Assembly: GCA_002633005.1 (NCBI GenBank)
Contig: NMRA01000001.1
Location: forward strand, 4,385,191 to 4,449,190
DNA: 64,000 nt
Direction of reading: 5' to 3'
Source of the DNA: Phoronis australis
Lineage: Eukaryota > Animalia > Phoronida
In this document: positions 14,101 through 29,100 of the stretch, one piece after another
How positions within the stretch are numbered: position 1 is the stretch's first letter
Layout of the letters: each line of letters starts with the position of its first letter
Program-made: the position numbers and the translations under genes
Notes under the pieces: model-generated
The model's input: the letters and a program-made list of their open reading frames with translations, nothing else
Database searches by the model: none
What the model was told of the DNA's origin: nothing

Positions 14101-17100
14101 TAACTTAAAGTTAGTAAATGATAGGTATACAAAAGAAGTAAAAATATTATATGTGTGTAAATAAGGTAGGCGGCTTGTGTCACACCAACACATTTTCATT
14201 TCTTCTATTTTTTCATGAAAAGTACCAAAAGTTTCTCTAATTAAGAGCATTCGGTCCATAGATAGGCACAATTACGATATGACACGGTTGCTTAAAAGTA
14301 AAACACCTCACTTATCAATCTCTGCTCAAAGCAACGGTTGTACTCTCGAAACCAGTGATCACATCGCCATCTATATGTAAGTGCTCGCTGGTTCCCTACA
14401 TGCCTAGGCAGCACGTAGGGATCACGCAGTTGCAAGCGCTTTAGCATTGGTTGATGTAACCTCGGCAGTCATTGGATAGTTTTACAAAGACGTGAAAAAA
14501 TGGCAAATTATGAACGACTTCTAGCCTTGTCATGCAAGTGGCGTAGCAGCAACTATACATTTCTGCAGTAACGTTTAACTAGCCGCGTGCTTGAAGCACA
14601 TACATGTACAATAAACACATATCTGGCCGATTTAACCGGTGCGGTGTTATTCATACTGTATGAATACATGACAGTGTCGTAAACAAAAGTCATCGACAAC
14701 AGAAAGATGCACTCCGAAAAGAGAAACTGGGATTCAGATTTCCTGAACATTTATTTTAAGCACCGATTTGTCTGTAAAACAGATCACTCATTTACACTTG
14801 CTCCATCAGTCATGGCAATTTGTTTGCGTAAAGCGCTGCCTGTTGAGAATTTGACCAGCCAATCAGAAACGCCGGTGTAAAAAAAAATTCCCGAGGAAAA
14901 TTAAGTAATACCTGCGTGCTGGCTTCTGACCACCTAGCGGCTCGCAGGGAACCAGCGAGTATGTAAGTGTAGCGCTGGGAAATAAAGCCTCGTTCCAACC
15001 TCCAGCGTGCAGTCAGCTGTTCAACTGACAAAGAGTGTAGAAAGGTAGAGCGAGGCAAGTAAGTTTCCTAAAAATGTAGTCAAAGCTATTGATGTCAAGT
15101 TTCTAAAAAGGTGTACTGCTATTGTTTGAATATGAGCCAAGTGGTAACACAAGAAATTTTCTACGTTATCTGTCACCCAAATAATCATAAACAACAACAA
15201 TCAGCGGCGAGTGTGTGCGACTCCCCCGACGTGTCCTGCAGGCGCCGTGCCTGACAAGAAGTGGCACGTCTGAGCCTTTCAACAGCACCTATCACGTGAC
15301 GTGACAATGGGACATGTCAATGCAAATTACCCTGCACTCTGTCAAAAATCAGTCACTGCCACTTCTGCGAAAAGTGGAATTGTGTTTTGCCAAAGGTGAA
15401 TTTGTGGTTCTTGTGTCTGAGGCGGACTAAAGTGCATTCTGTCAGAAGAACCTATATGACGTGTGTCACGAAAAAAAAAAATGAAAAGTGTGAGAAAACT
15501 TGAACAGACGTTTTGCCGCTGTAGAAAACATTGATAATAAGATTTATACCACATAAGTCTTGGTACGTTTATGCAATAAATGCGTCACTCCCTTACATAG
15601 GAAATAATAAAATGTTTACTTTGTTACCCATGCTAGAATATGTTCCACTTCTTACATTCTACATCTGCCGCGGGGCAGCGAACAAAATGTTTGGTCGCTT
15701 TTCAGTGTTCTTGTATTCCTACGCGCATTGGCCAAAGAGTAAGAAAATCGGGTAGAGCCTGCGAGGACATGTTGGTTACATCTTTAAAGTTTCTAGGCCC
15801 AGTTTTTGCTAATGAGACGGTTAAAATTCAAAAAAGGAATTTTTCGTATTTTGTACATCTGAACGAATCCTTATCTTTGACCATGGTTCAAAAAATCCCC
15901 TAAGCGGCTGCATATTCTTGCATTCTCTAACAAGAATTGCTAAAAATTTAATCGGGAGTCCCCTGGAAAAACTCATCCGCGATTATTAGAGAATGCAAGG
16001 ACACGCGGCTTTTGATATGTTACTATTACTCCGGCGCTCTCCCCACTTGCGACTCGGCGGAAACTTGAACAATTCCAAGCTGGACACTCCTAGACACAAA
16101 TATGTAGCCTCTGCGTACGCAAGGCTGTTGAGAGACGCCCCCTGCGGGTGCTACACTGTATGTCTGCTAATCACCACCTTTTTCCAGAAGAGTTTTTTGG
16201 CCTACCCCCTATTGCAGTGTTCATCTTTAATCCGGCGAATTTTGCACGGTGTTTATGCAGGAAACACGTCATTAAACAACAACAGAAATATCTACAGTAT
16301 ACATACTGCCTTTTTTGCAAGACTGAAATGAAAATGAAGGAGGCCCAGTGAACCTCGCGCGGGATCAGCAAAACTTCTGTTGAAAAGGGTGCCGCATACC
16401 TGGCTGCAATTTTTGGTACGCTGATGAGGCAACCTGTCAACATCAACGCCTCCGGGGTCGTCTCGTCAACCGCAACAAGGAGGACAACAGATATCCGTTT
16501 GAAAAAATGTGCTCTCGTGAATAAGCCATAACAAAACTCTTTCCTTTTTGGGATACCTCAGTAACGGCATTTCAGTTTCGATAAAACCGAAACGTGTGAA
16601 TTTTGACAGGCACTTGACTTAATGTACTTACCTCTTAACATCGTCAATGCTTACCACTTTTCAGATGTTGTTAATGATCGAGTATCCTCTGAGTTCAGAT
16701 TGGAGAGATGTCTTAAGAATTCACGGGGTCATTTTTCCACGAGACGTCCACTTACCACGTTAACAAATGACCCTTAGGGTAATTATGGGTTTGCCGCTCA
16801 TTAACAATAAATTTTGTCGATTTAAGTTTTTAATGTCAATTTTAACATAATCTGCTTCCAGATTAATTTAAATGGATTCATATCGTTTGAAAAAGACTTC
16901 CCAGACTATGAAAGCAATCTCCGATTGCCTACAGGTCACAGAATAGGACTTGTCGCTCCATTTCTAGCGGACGTAGACACTCGGGGTAGTGGTAATGTAT
17001 TCTACAGGTAAGCATAAGTCTACTTAGTGGTTTTCTCTCAAAAATGCTACAAACCTCAAGAGTAGGAAGACTGGACGTTACAGAAGTGTCAGCGGTGTCA

Positions 17101-20100
17101 GGGAGGCCTTCTCACTTATTACATGAGTGGACGGACGGTGTGTGGCTCTGTAAAATGTTGACCGATCTTAGAGTCAGTGTGTGGCATTCCATCGGTTAAC
17201 GGTAGGCCTATGTTGAGCGCTGCTCAAGTAATCTATGAATATTACTTTGGGACATCATACCCTTTGACATTCTTAATGATAGGGAGGCACTGAATAATTT
17301 CTCGTTAGGTTTGCCTGGCACTGCATACGTCACTTAGCTTCCTTCCACTCTATCGAAAATTATAAACAAAATGAAAAGTTTTGTCATTTCGCATCAAAAA
17401 CGTTACACTTGACCACAGAAGCTGTATTCTGTCTAATGCATCTGTCCCTTCACTTGCACCGAAAAAGAAACCAGGCTCATTGGCAGGAAAAACTGAGGTG
17501 ATGCGAAACGTCAGTAAAATTCATCCGTTGCATCTCCAAAAAGTTATAAGTGTCACCGTGGAACAAGCCGAGTCCAATTCAGTTTTTAGCGCAAACGGAC
17601 CTAAATCAAAAGTTCAGTTCAGTGCTCTATGCTCAGCTTGTCTAGCCAGGTTTCCCGCAACTGACTTACAAATGTGACTTCCCGATGATAATGATCTCGG
17701 GTCGCCGGCCAAACGGAAACTGGGGGTCGGGCAAAAGGCTGACGTCGGAATCGTCGATCAAAAAAATTCGTGCTGCACTCCGTTTTCAAGGTATTATTAC
17801 GCATGCCACTTCCATTTCTCCTGTAAAAAATGTGCACCATTCAACTCAATCTCTTCTGCCAAGAAGAAGAACGCAGACTGTCGGAAACACTTGAGGCGCG
17901 TGTGGTCCCGTTCAGTAACGCTAGGACCTCGCTAAAAAGCAAGACTTCGCGAGATTACGTGAGATATTGCCGTGCATTGTAATAAGAATACGTGACTTTT
18001 ACTAGGTTTTAGCTAGGTCCTAGCGTGAGTCCTAGCGTCTACTGAACGCACGCCGGGTATGCGTTCAGTAGACGCTGGGACCTACGCTAGGACCTAGCTG
18101 AAACCTAGTCAAAGTCACGTGTTCTCATTCAAAATACACGGAGGCCGACCTTCCCCGATTTTTGTCGAACAGTTCCGACTTCCGTCCGTGAACTTCCTGT
18201 TGTAATTTTAGCGTGTTTGTTTTGTTGTCTGCTGGCTGGCGAGGGTGGCAAATGCACTGATTTCACGAAATAAACGGAACAATTGTGAACCAAAGGTAAT
18301 AAATCTAGGAAAATTCCGGTTAGGAGTTTTACTTTGAAAGTCACCACTAATTTTGAAACGAATTTCAAGGTTGTGTCTCAGTGGCGGATCTAGGATATCA
18401 CAAGGGGGGGGGCCCAACATTTTGTCCGGCTGTAAACATTTGCGCAAACCGAACCACGATTGTAGATACGCATAGCACCAAATGGGGGGAGGTCGGGAGG
18501 GGGGNNNNNNNNNNNNNNNNNNNNNNNNNNNNNNNNNNNNNNNNNNNNNNNNNNNNNNNNNNNNNNNNNNNNNNNNNNNNNNNNNNNNNNNNNNNNNNNN
18601 NNNNNNNNNNNNNNNNNNNNNNNNNNNNNNNNNNNNNNNNNNNNNNNNNNNNNNNNNNNNNNNNNNNNNNNNNNNNNNNNNNNNNNNNNNNNNNNNNNNN
18701 NNNNNNNNNNNNNNNNNNNNNNNNNNNNNNNNNNNNNNNNNNNNNNNNNNNNNNNNNNNNNNNNNNNNNNNNNNNNNNNNNNNNNNNNNNNNNNNNNNNN
18801 NNNNNNNNNNNNNNNNNNNNNNNNNNNNNNNNNNNNNNNNNNNNNNNNNNNNNNNNNNNNNNNNNNNNNNNNNNNNNNNNNNNNNNNNNNNNNNNNNNNN
18901 NNNNNNNNNNNNNNNNNNNNNNNNNNNNNNNNNNNNNNNNNNNNNNNNNNNNNNNNNNNNNNNNNNNNNNNNNNNNNNNNNNNNNNNNNNNNNNNNNNNN
19001 NNNNNNNNNNNNNNNNNNNNNNNNNNNNNNNNNNNNNNNNNNNNNNNNNNNNNNNNNNNNNNNNNNNNNNNNNNGGATTTGAGCCCCCCCCCCCAACACT
19101 AAAACTGCACACATTTAAATCTTTTTTCAACCGTGTACTTTTAATTACCGGGGTTAATTAATAAACTCAACATTTATTTCCCTACGATCTTACTGTTTTA
19201 TTTTTTTTGCGGCAGCCAAGGGGGGGGGGCCCGGGCCCCCTGGGCCCCCCCCCTAAATCCGCCTATGTGTCTGACTTTGATCACAGCTAGCCCAGTGTGA
19301 CAGGCCGCACATTTTTAAGTTTATTTTTATAGTCAGTCCTCGAGTCTCGACGTTGACAATGACCGTAGACAGTCTCTGCTGGCGCAGCCAGTCTGCGCCA
19401 GCAGAGACGGTGGTCATTGTCTAGACGTAGCCTGCTCTTGGCGCAAAAACTTTATACTAAATATTCTAAACACCATTTCATTCATAAATATGAAATCAGT
19501 AAACTTTTTTGTGTACTTGGCATGGTTAAAAAATTGCTCTTCCTAGTATAAATACACGAGCCTTGCCCCTGGCTGGTGAAAATTGGTGAAATTTTACCTC
19601 ACCACTTGGTAAGTGTTTATGAAGTCCTTTGTAATGGACACTTGTGGGTTGTTTGTTCAATACTATTTAGGTGATAAAAACTAAACATGATCAAGGTTGT
19701 AGCAATGCATAATGTACTGACTGAGAAACAAAGAACACAACAACTCGATGTAAGTTCATAGGTATAACAAGGGATTGAAGGGTGGGGTAATGTACCCCCA
19801 TCACTGACAGTTAAGTGGTCCACGAAGCTGAAGTCGCAAACTTTGAACTGGAGGTGAATCTTCGAGCCTCTTGAGGCAATCAATGAACTCCATTTGATAC
19901 ACAGTTTTATGATGTATAATTGTTAACAACAAATTGTTGAATTAAAAAAGAAAAATGAAACAAAACAGGTTCCACACATAAACACGGACCATTATGATTC
20001 TCAAAGGTGTCGCTGCGTGGGGCATGCAATTTCGGGAAATTTACAGACTGTGTCTATGCTGTCCCAATACATTTCATTTCTGCATTTGTAATTTCAGGGA

Positions 20101-23100
20101 GACTACAGATAGAAAACTTCTGCATAAGGCTAGGCGACAGATCAGGTCCAAATTTTCCTCACTTAGTAGATTTTATCCTCGAGCACTGTTTATTGTCACG
20201 TGGCACGATGTTGGATACTTTCCAGAAAAAGCCGATAAGGTACGCATTGCACACGGTGGTGGATATATTTGTCATGTCGACGCTTTGGACCCATTCAATT
20301 AAAAATGCCAAAATTATGAGCGTTAATAATGTTTGGGCCAGATTTACGTAGCCTATAAATTACTAAGCCCTTTCAAAGTCTATGGAGCCGGTTAATCGTA
20401 ATCAACTCCCCAGGAGCATACATTATGTGCAATCGTCGGTGCATAATGATTTATCCAAACATATTTTTTCTAAAAGTTTCAAGTACTAAAAAGCTCTGTG
20501 GTTAATTGAATGGGAAAAATCCAAGACCTGTAAAGTTTTTTAAAATTTGATGCAACTGCGCATTTCTATTCCTAATTGTGGATCCAAATCGCATTACAAT
20601 ATGATTTTGACACACTCGCCATCACTAAACATCTGTATCATAGAGATGTTTATTAAACAGCTGGTGTGCACCATAGATCATAGACAACACATGTACTTTA
20701 GTCTTTGTGTGCACCGACTGGCATTACGACTAGCTCAATGAGCATCTTGGAGTGAAAATGGCAAACCTACATACATGTGGGCTTCCACACTCATGAATTT
20801 AAAGTAACATTGCAACTGAACATTAAAATTGTCTTTCCTAATGTTTTAATGATTGTTAGGCATTTAGTGTTCTTTCTGAATGCACCCAATAAGAAAGTCT
20901 GTGAATTCAAGAACCTTGGTGAGCTGAAATGTAACCGTCTCTTTCTATCCATGCTTTTATTTTATTGCCATCAAAGTTTCTGGAAAAATAAAATGAAATT
21001 GAAGCAGAATGCGAGTAGTAATTGGTCTGTTGTAAATCAGTATGCTGACATGGTGTAGGTAAGAATTATTAGTCTTCTCACACAAACCTGGGACTTTCTG
21101 CTAACCACTGTTGTCTCACTCTTGAGTGTATATATAATCGGCCTGGCACTTCTACGTAAGCCGTCGAGAGTCCTTAATTTCCTGTTTAATTTAATACTTC
21201 GAATACATCTGTTGCTCGCACTTTGTGTAAAGTGTACTAACTTGTTTTTCCGCGTTGCAGACAAATACTTTCCAATTGGTTATCGCCAGTGATGGCCGCG
21301 ACAAGTCCGTTGTCATTTTCAACTATGCTAAGATTGGCTGGACACGAGGAAGTGGAAAGACAGCACCAAGAGATAATGCTGTCTTTGCCGGGATAGAGAA
21401 TGGGGGCCTCAACACTCCCTTCATATTGCCGGCATCTGGAGAAGATCAATTTTCTAAGATGACAAGGTACGCACTTCTGTTCGTGAAAATGCGGTTCTCC
21501 AGGGATCCCTATTCATGAGCACACATATTTATATGTGGGCAGATTATGCCGTCATCCCTGTTCGTTCATTTGCAGACCTGTGTACCATACGCAAAAAATG
21601 CGGATTCGTCAAGCCTCCAGTACGCAAGTACGCACGGCCAGGCAAAAATAGGCAAATTCAGCAAATTCATAAGAGATTATTAATTCCCTTGTTTCTCAAT
21701 AAATATGCTGATTTGTAATCGAAATGGACGAGGAAGAAGATTTTAAAGTTAGAAATTAAAAAAGTATTGTTAAATCATTATTTTAGCCAAAAAGTTGAGC
21801 TACAAACTCGCAAAACTTGCTTCGTTTCATTCAACCTGATAATCGGAGAATCGCAAGGCCTCCTCTATCGGTATTTGTGTCACAGGCATAACTTATGAGC
21901 AACGACTTCTGTGATTTGTGGATTGCTTACTTCATCTAATTCTGGCTATTTACGTTCTGTTGACAAAATGACAAAGCATGAGTGGTCGCATATTCTGAGC
22001 TGTGAACAAAGTAGCTTCTGAAAGAAGGGAACATCTGTTTTTGTTGCATTATTCCAAAGAATGACGATGTCTTATTCAAGTGACCGTGGAATTTATACTG
22101 CAAGTTGTATAGCTTGTTGTTTTTTTGCGGACATGGTGACTGCACTGACTTCATAGCATGTTGAGCTGATGCTAACACTCGAGCCACAGTCGAGCCGGCT
22201 CGAGGTCTTTTCGCATGCAGTATGGTGGTACGTGTTCACTGACATTTGCAATGAATAATTATTCAAAACTTTTGTGAATGGTTAAGAAAATATCGTCTGG
22301 TACAAAACATTGTCCGTGCAGATTCACCAACACATTTTTGCAGATATGTTTTTGTGTTAAGAAATGAGGTGTACATTAGATATGTATTAACATAAATGAG
22401 TTCAGTAAGGACATTTTCTATTGATTAACAGAATCTTTTCACTAAGTGCGTTGTCCCTCAACTTAACAACTTAAATTATTCTGAAAATTGGTTATCAATT
22501 CACTACATGTATTTTAGAAACTGTTTCAGAGGCAAGTAAGTAGGAAAAGTACCCATGCGCGTACCCAGGGGGGGGCTTGAATGAGACCCCATTTGGCAAA
22601 GTGGGCAAAAAGGTCCTGGGAGAAACCAAAAGTCTGAGAAAACACTTAAGTCCACTAAAGAGGCAAGAATTTAGCAAAAGCTCTGAATGCTGAACAAACA
22701 TGTTTTTTTCTTCTTTTTTGAGTTAGTGAAAGGTCCACTACAAAAAATTCATAACCCTCATACCCCTATATTTTAGGGTAAATTTGGTCTGTAGACGAAA
22801 ATCTGCAAATTTACTGAAAAATCTGCAAGTCTGGTGTTCAGAGTACTCCAATGCAGTTGTGGTGGTACACAGGTCTGCATTTGGCGTCCGGCATCGGCTG
22901 CTCTCCAAAACCCTTTGATGTAGGTTCATAAAATTTTGCACTCATCATTGTTTCATGGATGGTACGGCATGAGCATATTTTTGGATGGATCCAACAACCA
23001 GTGTGCCCCCTGCTGGCAACTTTATTTTTTTACATTTACCTATGTATCTTCAAAGGTCCTCAATGGATTCTCATATAGTTTGTATCTTTCGAGTTCTTTG

Positions 23101-26100
23101 ACGGATTTTCATAAATTTTGGTAAATATTTTTGAGAGACAGCAATGCCTTCCGTTTTTGGATGGTTTCAGTGTATCCTGTGCCATCTAATGGCCATTTTT
23201 CATGTTAAAAATAAACACCCATAGAAGCACACCGCTAGTGGTGCAGTCGTGGCCGTACTTCAATGCTCCACATTGCTGTTGTAGTTCACAAAACATCAGC
23301 ATGCAGTTACATTGACTGTGTGGTGAATTATCTTTGCTCATGAAACTGAATCAAGTCCCACTATTCAACACACCAACCAGTCACTTCAGAGGTCACCATT
23401 TTACTAGGATAGACTAGCAAGAATACTAAGCTGAGGTTACTCGCAAAGCATACCTTTCTCACGAGAGCAATTAGTTTGTCTTCTGAGTTTAGTTCTCTTT
23501 ACATATGACAGGAGGCATGAGTAGCTGATGTTTTGCATGTGTTTAGTGAAATGTTTTGAATCTGCCTTCGAACTACGGCTGGGAACAACTGTATGTGGTT
23601 AATGATAAAGTAATTGTTTTCCTAAGAATATAGTTACGGCATATCAGAAAATTGGAAATTTGTGAGTTTATCGTAATGTTAATGAGAAGTCTGTTATGGT
23701 CGGTGAGGATAACGACAAATGCATTGTTTCTGTAGGTGGTCTAACGCCCAGGAGCCTGGGGTGTGGATGTTTCAGGTAGGCATGCTGGACGAGTTAGTGT
23801 CGCCTGATCACCCTGTGGATAGCCAACTTCTGGAAGGTGAGTTCGTCATTGCACTCAGTTGTCCCTAGCTGACATGCTCACTCTCATGAATAGTTTACAT
23901 AGATGTATAACAGTTCCTGATTTTGACTCGGGAGGCCTGGGGCCTTTTATTTGCCAATTGAAAATCAGCATGCATTCTTTGTTGTTTTTCTGGTATGTGT
24001 AACTTGGTATTGGGGAGTATGAAACTTGTGTTCGCACTAAGATACGATATTGGCCCATCACAAAAACACTCTACTTTTCTCATATGTCTTCCATTACTGG
24101 AGTTCTTGTTCTTTGACTTTTAGTTGTTGCTCCAGCAGAGGGCAGAACTACGAAGGACATCTGCTCGAAATGTCACGCGCAAGCCACGTGTGTGGAGAAA
24201 AGAACCGGATTCTGTTGCCAGTGCAAAAATGGATTTTTTGGCAACGGGCAAAATTGCATAGAAAGTGGTAAGTTCAATATGTTCAGCTGCATAAATAACT
24301 CTATATGACTTTTAATGTTAGTTTCCCAATAAGCAATGTTCAGGACTGCGTTCCCTGTTGCTACATGTAATTGCAAATCTTGGCATTACGGTCGGGGCTC
24401 CGGATGGTGTTAATCCTTTGTTCACTCTTCCAGGAGTTAGTGTTCGCATCAATGGCCGCCTGTCAGGTGAACTGAACGGAGTGCCCTTTAGTAACTTGGA
24501 TACGCATGCGTATGTTGTGTCCAGCACTGGAAGAACCTTCTTAGCAGCTAGTCGTCTACCGCCCTCTGTTGGCCCCTCTATGAGAAGGCTGGGAATTCTG
24601 GGAAGACTGATTGGTTGGCTCTTTGCCGTTCCCCGTCTTGGATATAAAAATGGATATATGCTTACAGGTAATGAAGGCTCTACTTTTCAGTTACTAACAG
24701 TTTTATTTGTGCTGCCAAATTGAGTTTTTGAGACGAACAAAAACATGACTTTTCTACGGTGGCCCAAAGATGACATTGAAATCTTGTGGATGTTTTTATG
24801 AAAAGCAAACTTTCTCCATGGAAAAAAAATTCTCTGCAGAAAAAAGATGTTCTCTGTGGAAAAAAATTTCTCCACGGAAACAAATTTTCTCTGTGGAGAC
24901 TTTTCAACGTGGAAAAACCTTTTTTCCACAGAAAAAAAAAAATTCCTCAGGGAGAAAATTTTTCTTCATGAACGGGAAAGAAAGTTTTCTTTGCAGAAAA
25001 GATATGTTCAGTGCTGAAAAACCTTTTCTCCCCAGGAAAAAACTTTTCTTTGTGGAGGAAAGCTTTTCCACAGAGAAAAAGTTTCCACAGAGAAGTTTTT
25101 TTCGGGGGAGAAAAGAGATTTTTTCGTTAATAAGAACTTCGAAGAAAGTAAAATAATTGCTTTTAATGTCATCCTTGGGCCACTGTACTTTTCGACTTGT
25201 TTAAAATGTTTTTGGTCTTTGTTACTCTACCAATAATGTGTTTTCACGTATAGGTGGCGTTTTTAATCATACTGCTGAAGTCTACTTTCCATCAACTGGT
25301 GAAAGGGCGACAATTGAACATCGTTTCAAGGGTCACGATGACCTCAATTTCATTGTGATGACATCTGAAATTAGAGGGAAGATCCCTATTGTACAAGCAA
25401 GTGATATAGTTACGTATGCGGATGGAAGTAAAGTAGAAGAAGACTATTACGAATCTTCTCCAGGTAAGCATCCTAACATTCAATTTGTGGTCAAGATTTA
25501 GATACTGAATGACCCTTGCGGGTTCACAAGCAACTATGGTATCACTAATTACATGGTCTGTTACATTGTAATCGCTTAAAATGCATATTTTTATCCACTT
25601 CAAATTATTACTTTCATTTGGGTGCCGCTTGCATTAAATGTTGATTATTGCTGTTCGAAGCCAGTCGTAGGTAACGGACATTTATAGAAACACTGTCTAA
25701 TAGAACGTGGTATTAAAGGTTATCTGGGTCCCTAATAAACGACCTCAACTCCCAAGTCAAATATTGAAAAAATTATACTTTGTCAATCATTAAAAGTATA
25801 ATATTTTCTGAAGAAATAAAAGATCGAGGATTTTATAAATATGCTTCTTACTACTGTGTGTTTATTTTTGTCACGCGACCGTGCTTTTAAGTCAAATTGT
25901 TATGTGCAAGAACGGTACATTTGTAGCAAAATAACCACCCCCCCAGCAGATACTTTTTTAAATGAAAACTTTATGTTATGGGTCAAAAATGCTGTTAGGA
26001 ATTTGCTTTAAAATGCCAAGTTCTCACGTACCGAGCGATATACAAATAAAACTGATGTTTTTTTACAAAAATGCCTTTCGTTTTGCAAGACAATCTGGCA

Positions 26101-29100
26101 TAAAACTGGAACCAAGTGAATAATCAAAAATTCCTAACAGCATTTTTTGAGACATAACCTGGAGTTTTCATTTTAAAAGTTTTAGTAAAATCAGCTGTTT
26201 TTTGGTATGAATTTACCTTTCTCGCTCTTGAGAATTTGATTTAAAAACGTGGTCATGTGACAATAGTAAAGACACAGTGGTAAGAAGCATATTTTTAGAA
26301 TCCTTGATTATTCTCCTTTCATGAAATTCATATTTTTAATTGTTTAAAAAGCATGATAGTTTTTTATGTTTGACTTGGATTTGATGTTTATAAAGGTCCG
26401 AGAAAACCTCAAGAATGAGAATAAAGATGTAGATAACATCCTTTTCTTCCTTTGTGTGTAGGAGTAATCAAGTCGACGTCGTCAGTTAGACAGTTGGTAA
26501 ACAATGTTCCTAGTCGAGTAGAATATTCGCAGACTATCACATACAACCCTTGCGCTGCCAGTGACGAGACTGTTAAGCCAACAACATTAAAAACTAGTCG
26601 TGGCTATCTGCGTTACAGTACCGATGAACAAACTGTACGATATGGAATGATGACACAACTGGGACCCAGATTGGCTGGTGAGTTATCTGTAAATGTTGAA
26701 GGAAGTTTGGGCGTTTCAAAACTTCGACAGTCATCTGATTTGTTGTCAGTTTATAAGCTGTACTTCAATAGATTCACTACTTCAGGCTAGCATTACGCTT
26801 GAGAGGGTTAGACTGATTTATCTAGACAGATACACCATCTCAAGCTTGCACTACGAAATACACATCCCAGTAATCACGTACATGCCAGAAGGTCACAACT
26901 TTTGGAGGGATGTAACTACCGTTGTGCCCCGTAGTGGTAATTTTAGTTTTTTTAAGTTTGACTCCATATCTTCAGTGTTCCTCGACATGGGATTTTCATA
27001 AAATTTGGATTATAAATTGTTTTATAAGAATGACAATGCCTTTCCGTTTTCAGACAGATTCGACATAATTTCTGCGCCACCAAGTGGCTGTTTTTATGAT
27101 GTTTGAATCTGTTTATTGTCATCAGCTCTTTATCCGCCAAATAGCTTGAAGGATCATTATAAAAATTGATAGATGTGTTACTACTGGAAGAGCATGACTG
27201 ATGTTGATTTTTGGATGCTTTTTTGTGTCTGCTGCTGCATCTCATTTGCAAAAGGTGCCCTGTGCTTGTCTAAGGGTTGCCGCTAGGTAGTGGCGTTGCT
27301 CATATGGATTAGATATTTGCCTTATTGCTGTGTAAATGAACAGCAAACATGAGGTTCTTTGTTTTATTGTTAATGTGAGACTCAGAAAGTATCAATGAAA
27401 GGATTTTTTTGTGATTGTGCTGATAATGATTTGTGGTAAACGCCAATCCCAAATTTAAGTTGCACATTTTTTTTTGCATCTTGTCACAGATCTGCAGGTA
27501 CCTTGTCCGTGGAAGGGTTTTTTCTCAAAAGAAATTCAAACTTCATTCGGATGGTAGTGTGGAAATTAATTCTTTTTACCATACAAGCAAAAATTGTGTC
27601 AATGTTAGAAGCAAGCAAAATGTTTGACCAATTGTTTGAAGCATGTATTACGCTACGACAATCAATTGCTTCTACAGGCTAAGTGCCTGAGCACCTACGA
27701 CACACCTGGCTAATTACCCTTCACTGAGCAAAAATACACATGATTTGTATTAAAAATCAAACCTGAGTTAGCTGTGATTATTTCTAATATTCTCTAGCTG
27801 TTGCATTGGTCACGGTAAAGTGACACTTGACTTGCCTCGCCACCAGTTAACGGTAAAGCCCAGTTGATTGATTGGGTAGCTTTTGACTCCTTCTTGTGAA
27901 CCCCTTGCAGGGTCTTCATGACAATGCATGACTTCTTTCAGACTGATTCAACTGCCTCTTTGCCTTCAAGTTGGGAATTTTGTTGTCACTCTTGCCTTTA
28001 TCTTTTTCAGACCTGGTGGATTTTCATGAGGTTTTTATTAGCATGACGATGATGCCTTTCCATTTTTGGACGGGCCGTCCAATGGGCATTTTATGATACT
28101 AATAAACACCCCTATAAATTTGTGATGCAGTCGTGGGCGCATTGCGAAGCTTTGTATTGCTCTAATTGCTTGTAAATTTTGTACTATTTCTAGACAAAAA
28201 TCCTTGCTCCGGCTCAACCATGTGCTCGCCTAATGCCAATTGCATAGCACAAGGAACCTCTTACGTGTGTAGATGTAAAGATGGATATTCTGGAAACGGA
28301 AACGTGTGCAAAGGTAATGTGAACACAATTACATGGTCAGGGAAGGAAGCATTTTTATTGGTAGCCATGATTTTGGCAACATGCACTAAAGTAGAAAGCC
28401 ACTAATGGCAGTAAACAGTTGGCTTCCATGTCTAACTAATTGCACACACATACACAAACGCACGAATGTACACACACGGGCATGCAGGCGTGCGAACTTT
28501 TACACGAGCATGCGTACAAAGGCACACAATTAAATGTATCCCACAAATAATGTATACCTCTATCAATACATACATTCAAAATGCATAATTCTTAGCAGAC
28601 TATGTTTAAAGACTTAATTCTACTTAAAATTTCTAGACATTGATGAATGCCGATCCCGCCTGTTGAACGACTGCGATGCAGAGAATGGACAGTGTTTCAA
28701 TTTGGAGGGCTCGTTTGAATGTCGCTGCAAATCAGGCTACCGAGGAGACGGTCGTGTCTGCAGGGGTAAGTTGATGAAAAAGCACTCTCATCCTTCCGTT
28801 TTACACCAGTTAAACGACATTCTGTTGAGAGTGTTTGTTTTTCTATTGTTTTCTGGTGATGTGAGATGTAGCTGTTAACAGGTGTAATGGTTCTTGATTT
28901 TGGTTATATTTACTGTTTGGCATAGCAACCGAGACGCTGAATAATATAATGTGACTCAGTCTTATCAAAATAAATATTATTTTATGATTAAAATTTTCTT
29001 TTTCCATGAGTATGTCTTTGAAATGAAATGAAATTCTAGTGGATTTCCACGTGTTCTGTTCATTCCTGTTTTATGTAGCTCAGCTTAGATGTGAGGACTT

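Noticed and set aside
18381-19130. ORFs of more than 200 aa
   Set aside because: Almost entirely N-gap residues.
24770-25156. 128-aa K/F-rich ORF
   Set aside because: Low-complexity interior of the MITE in nidogen intron 7.
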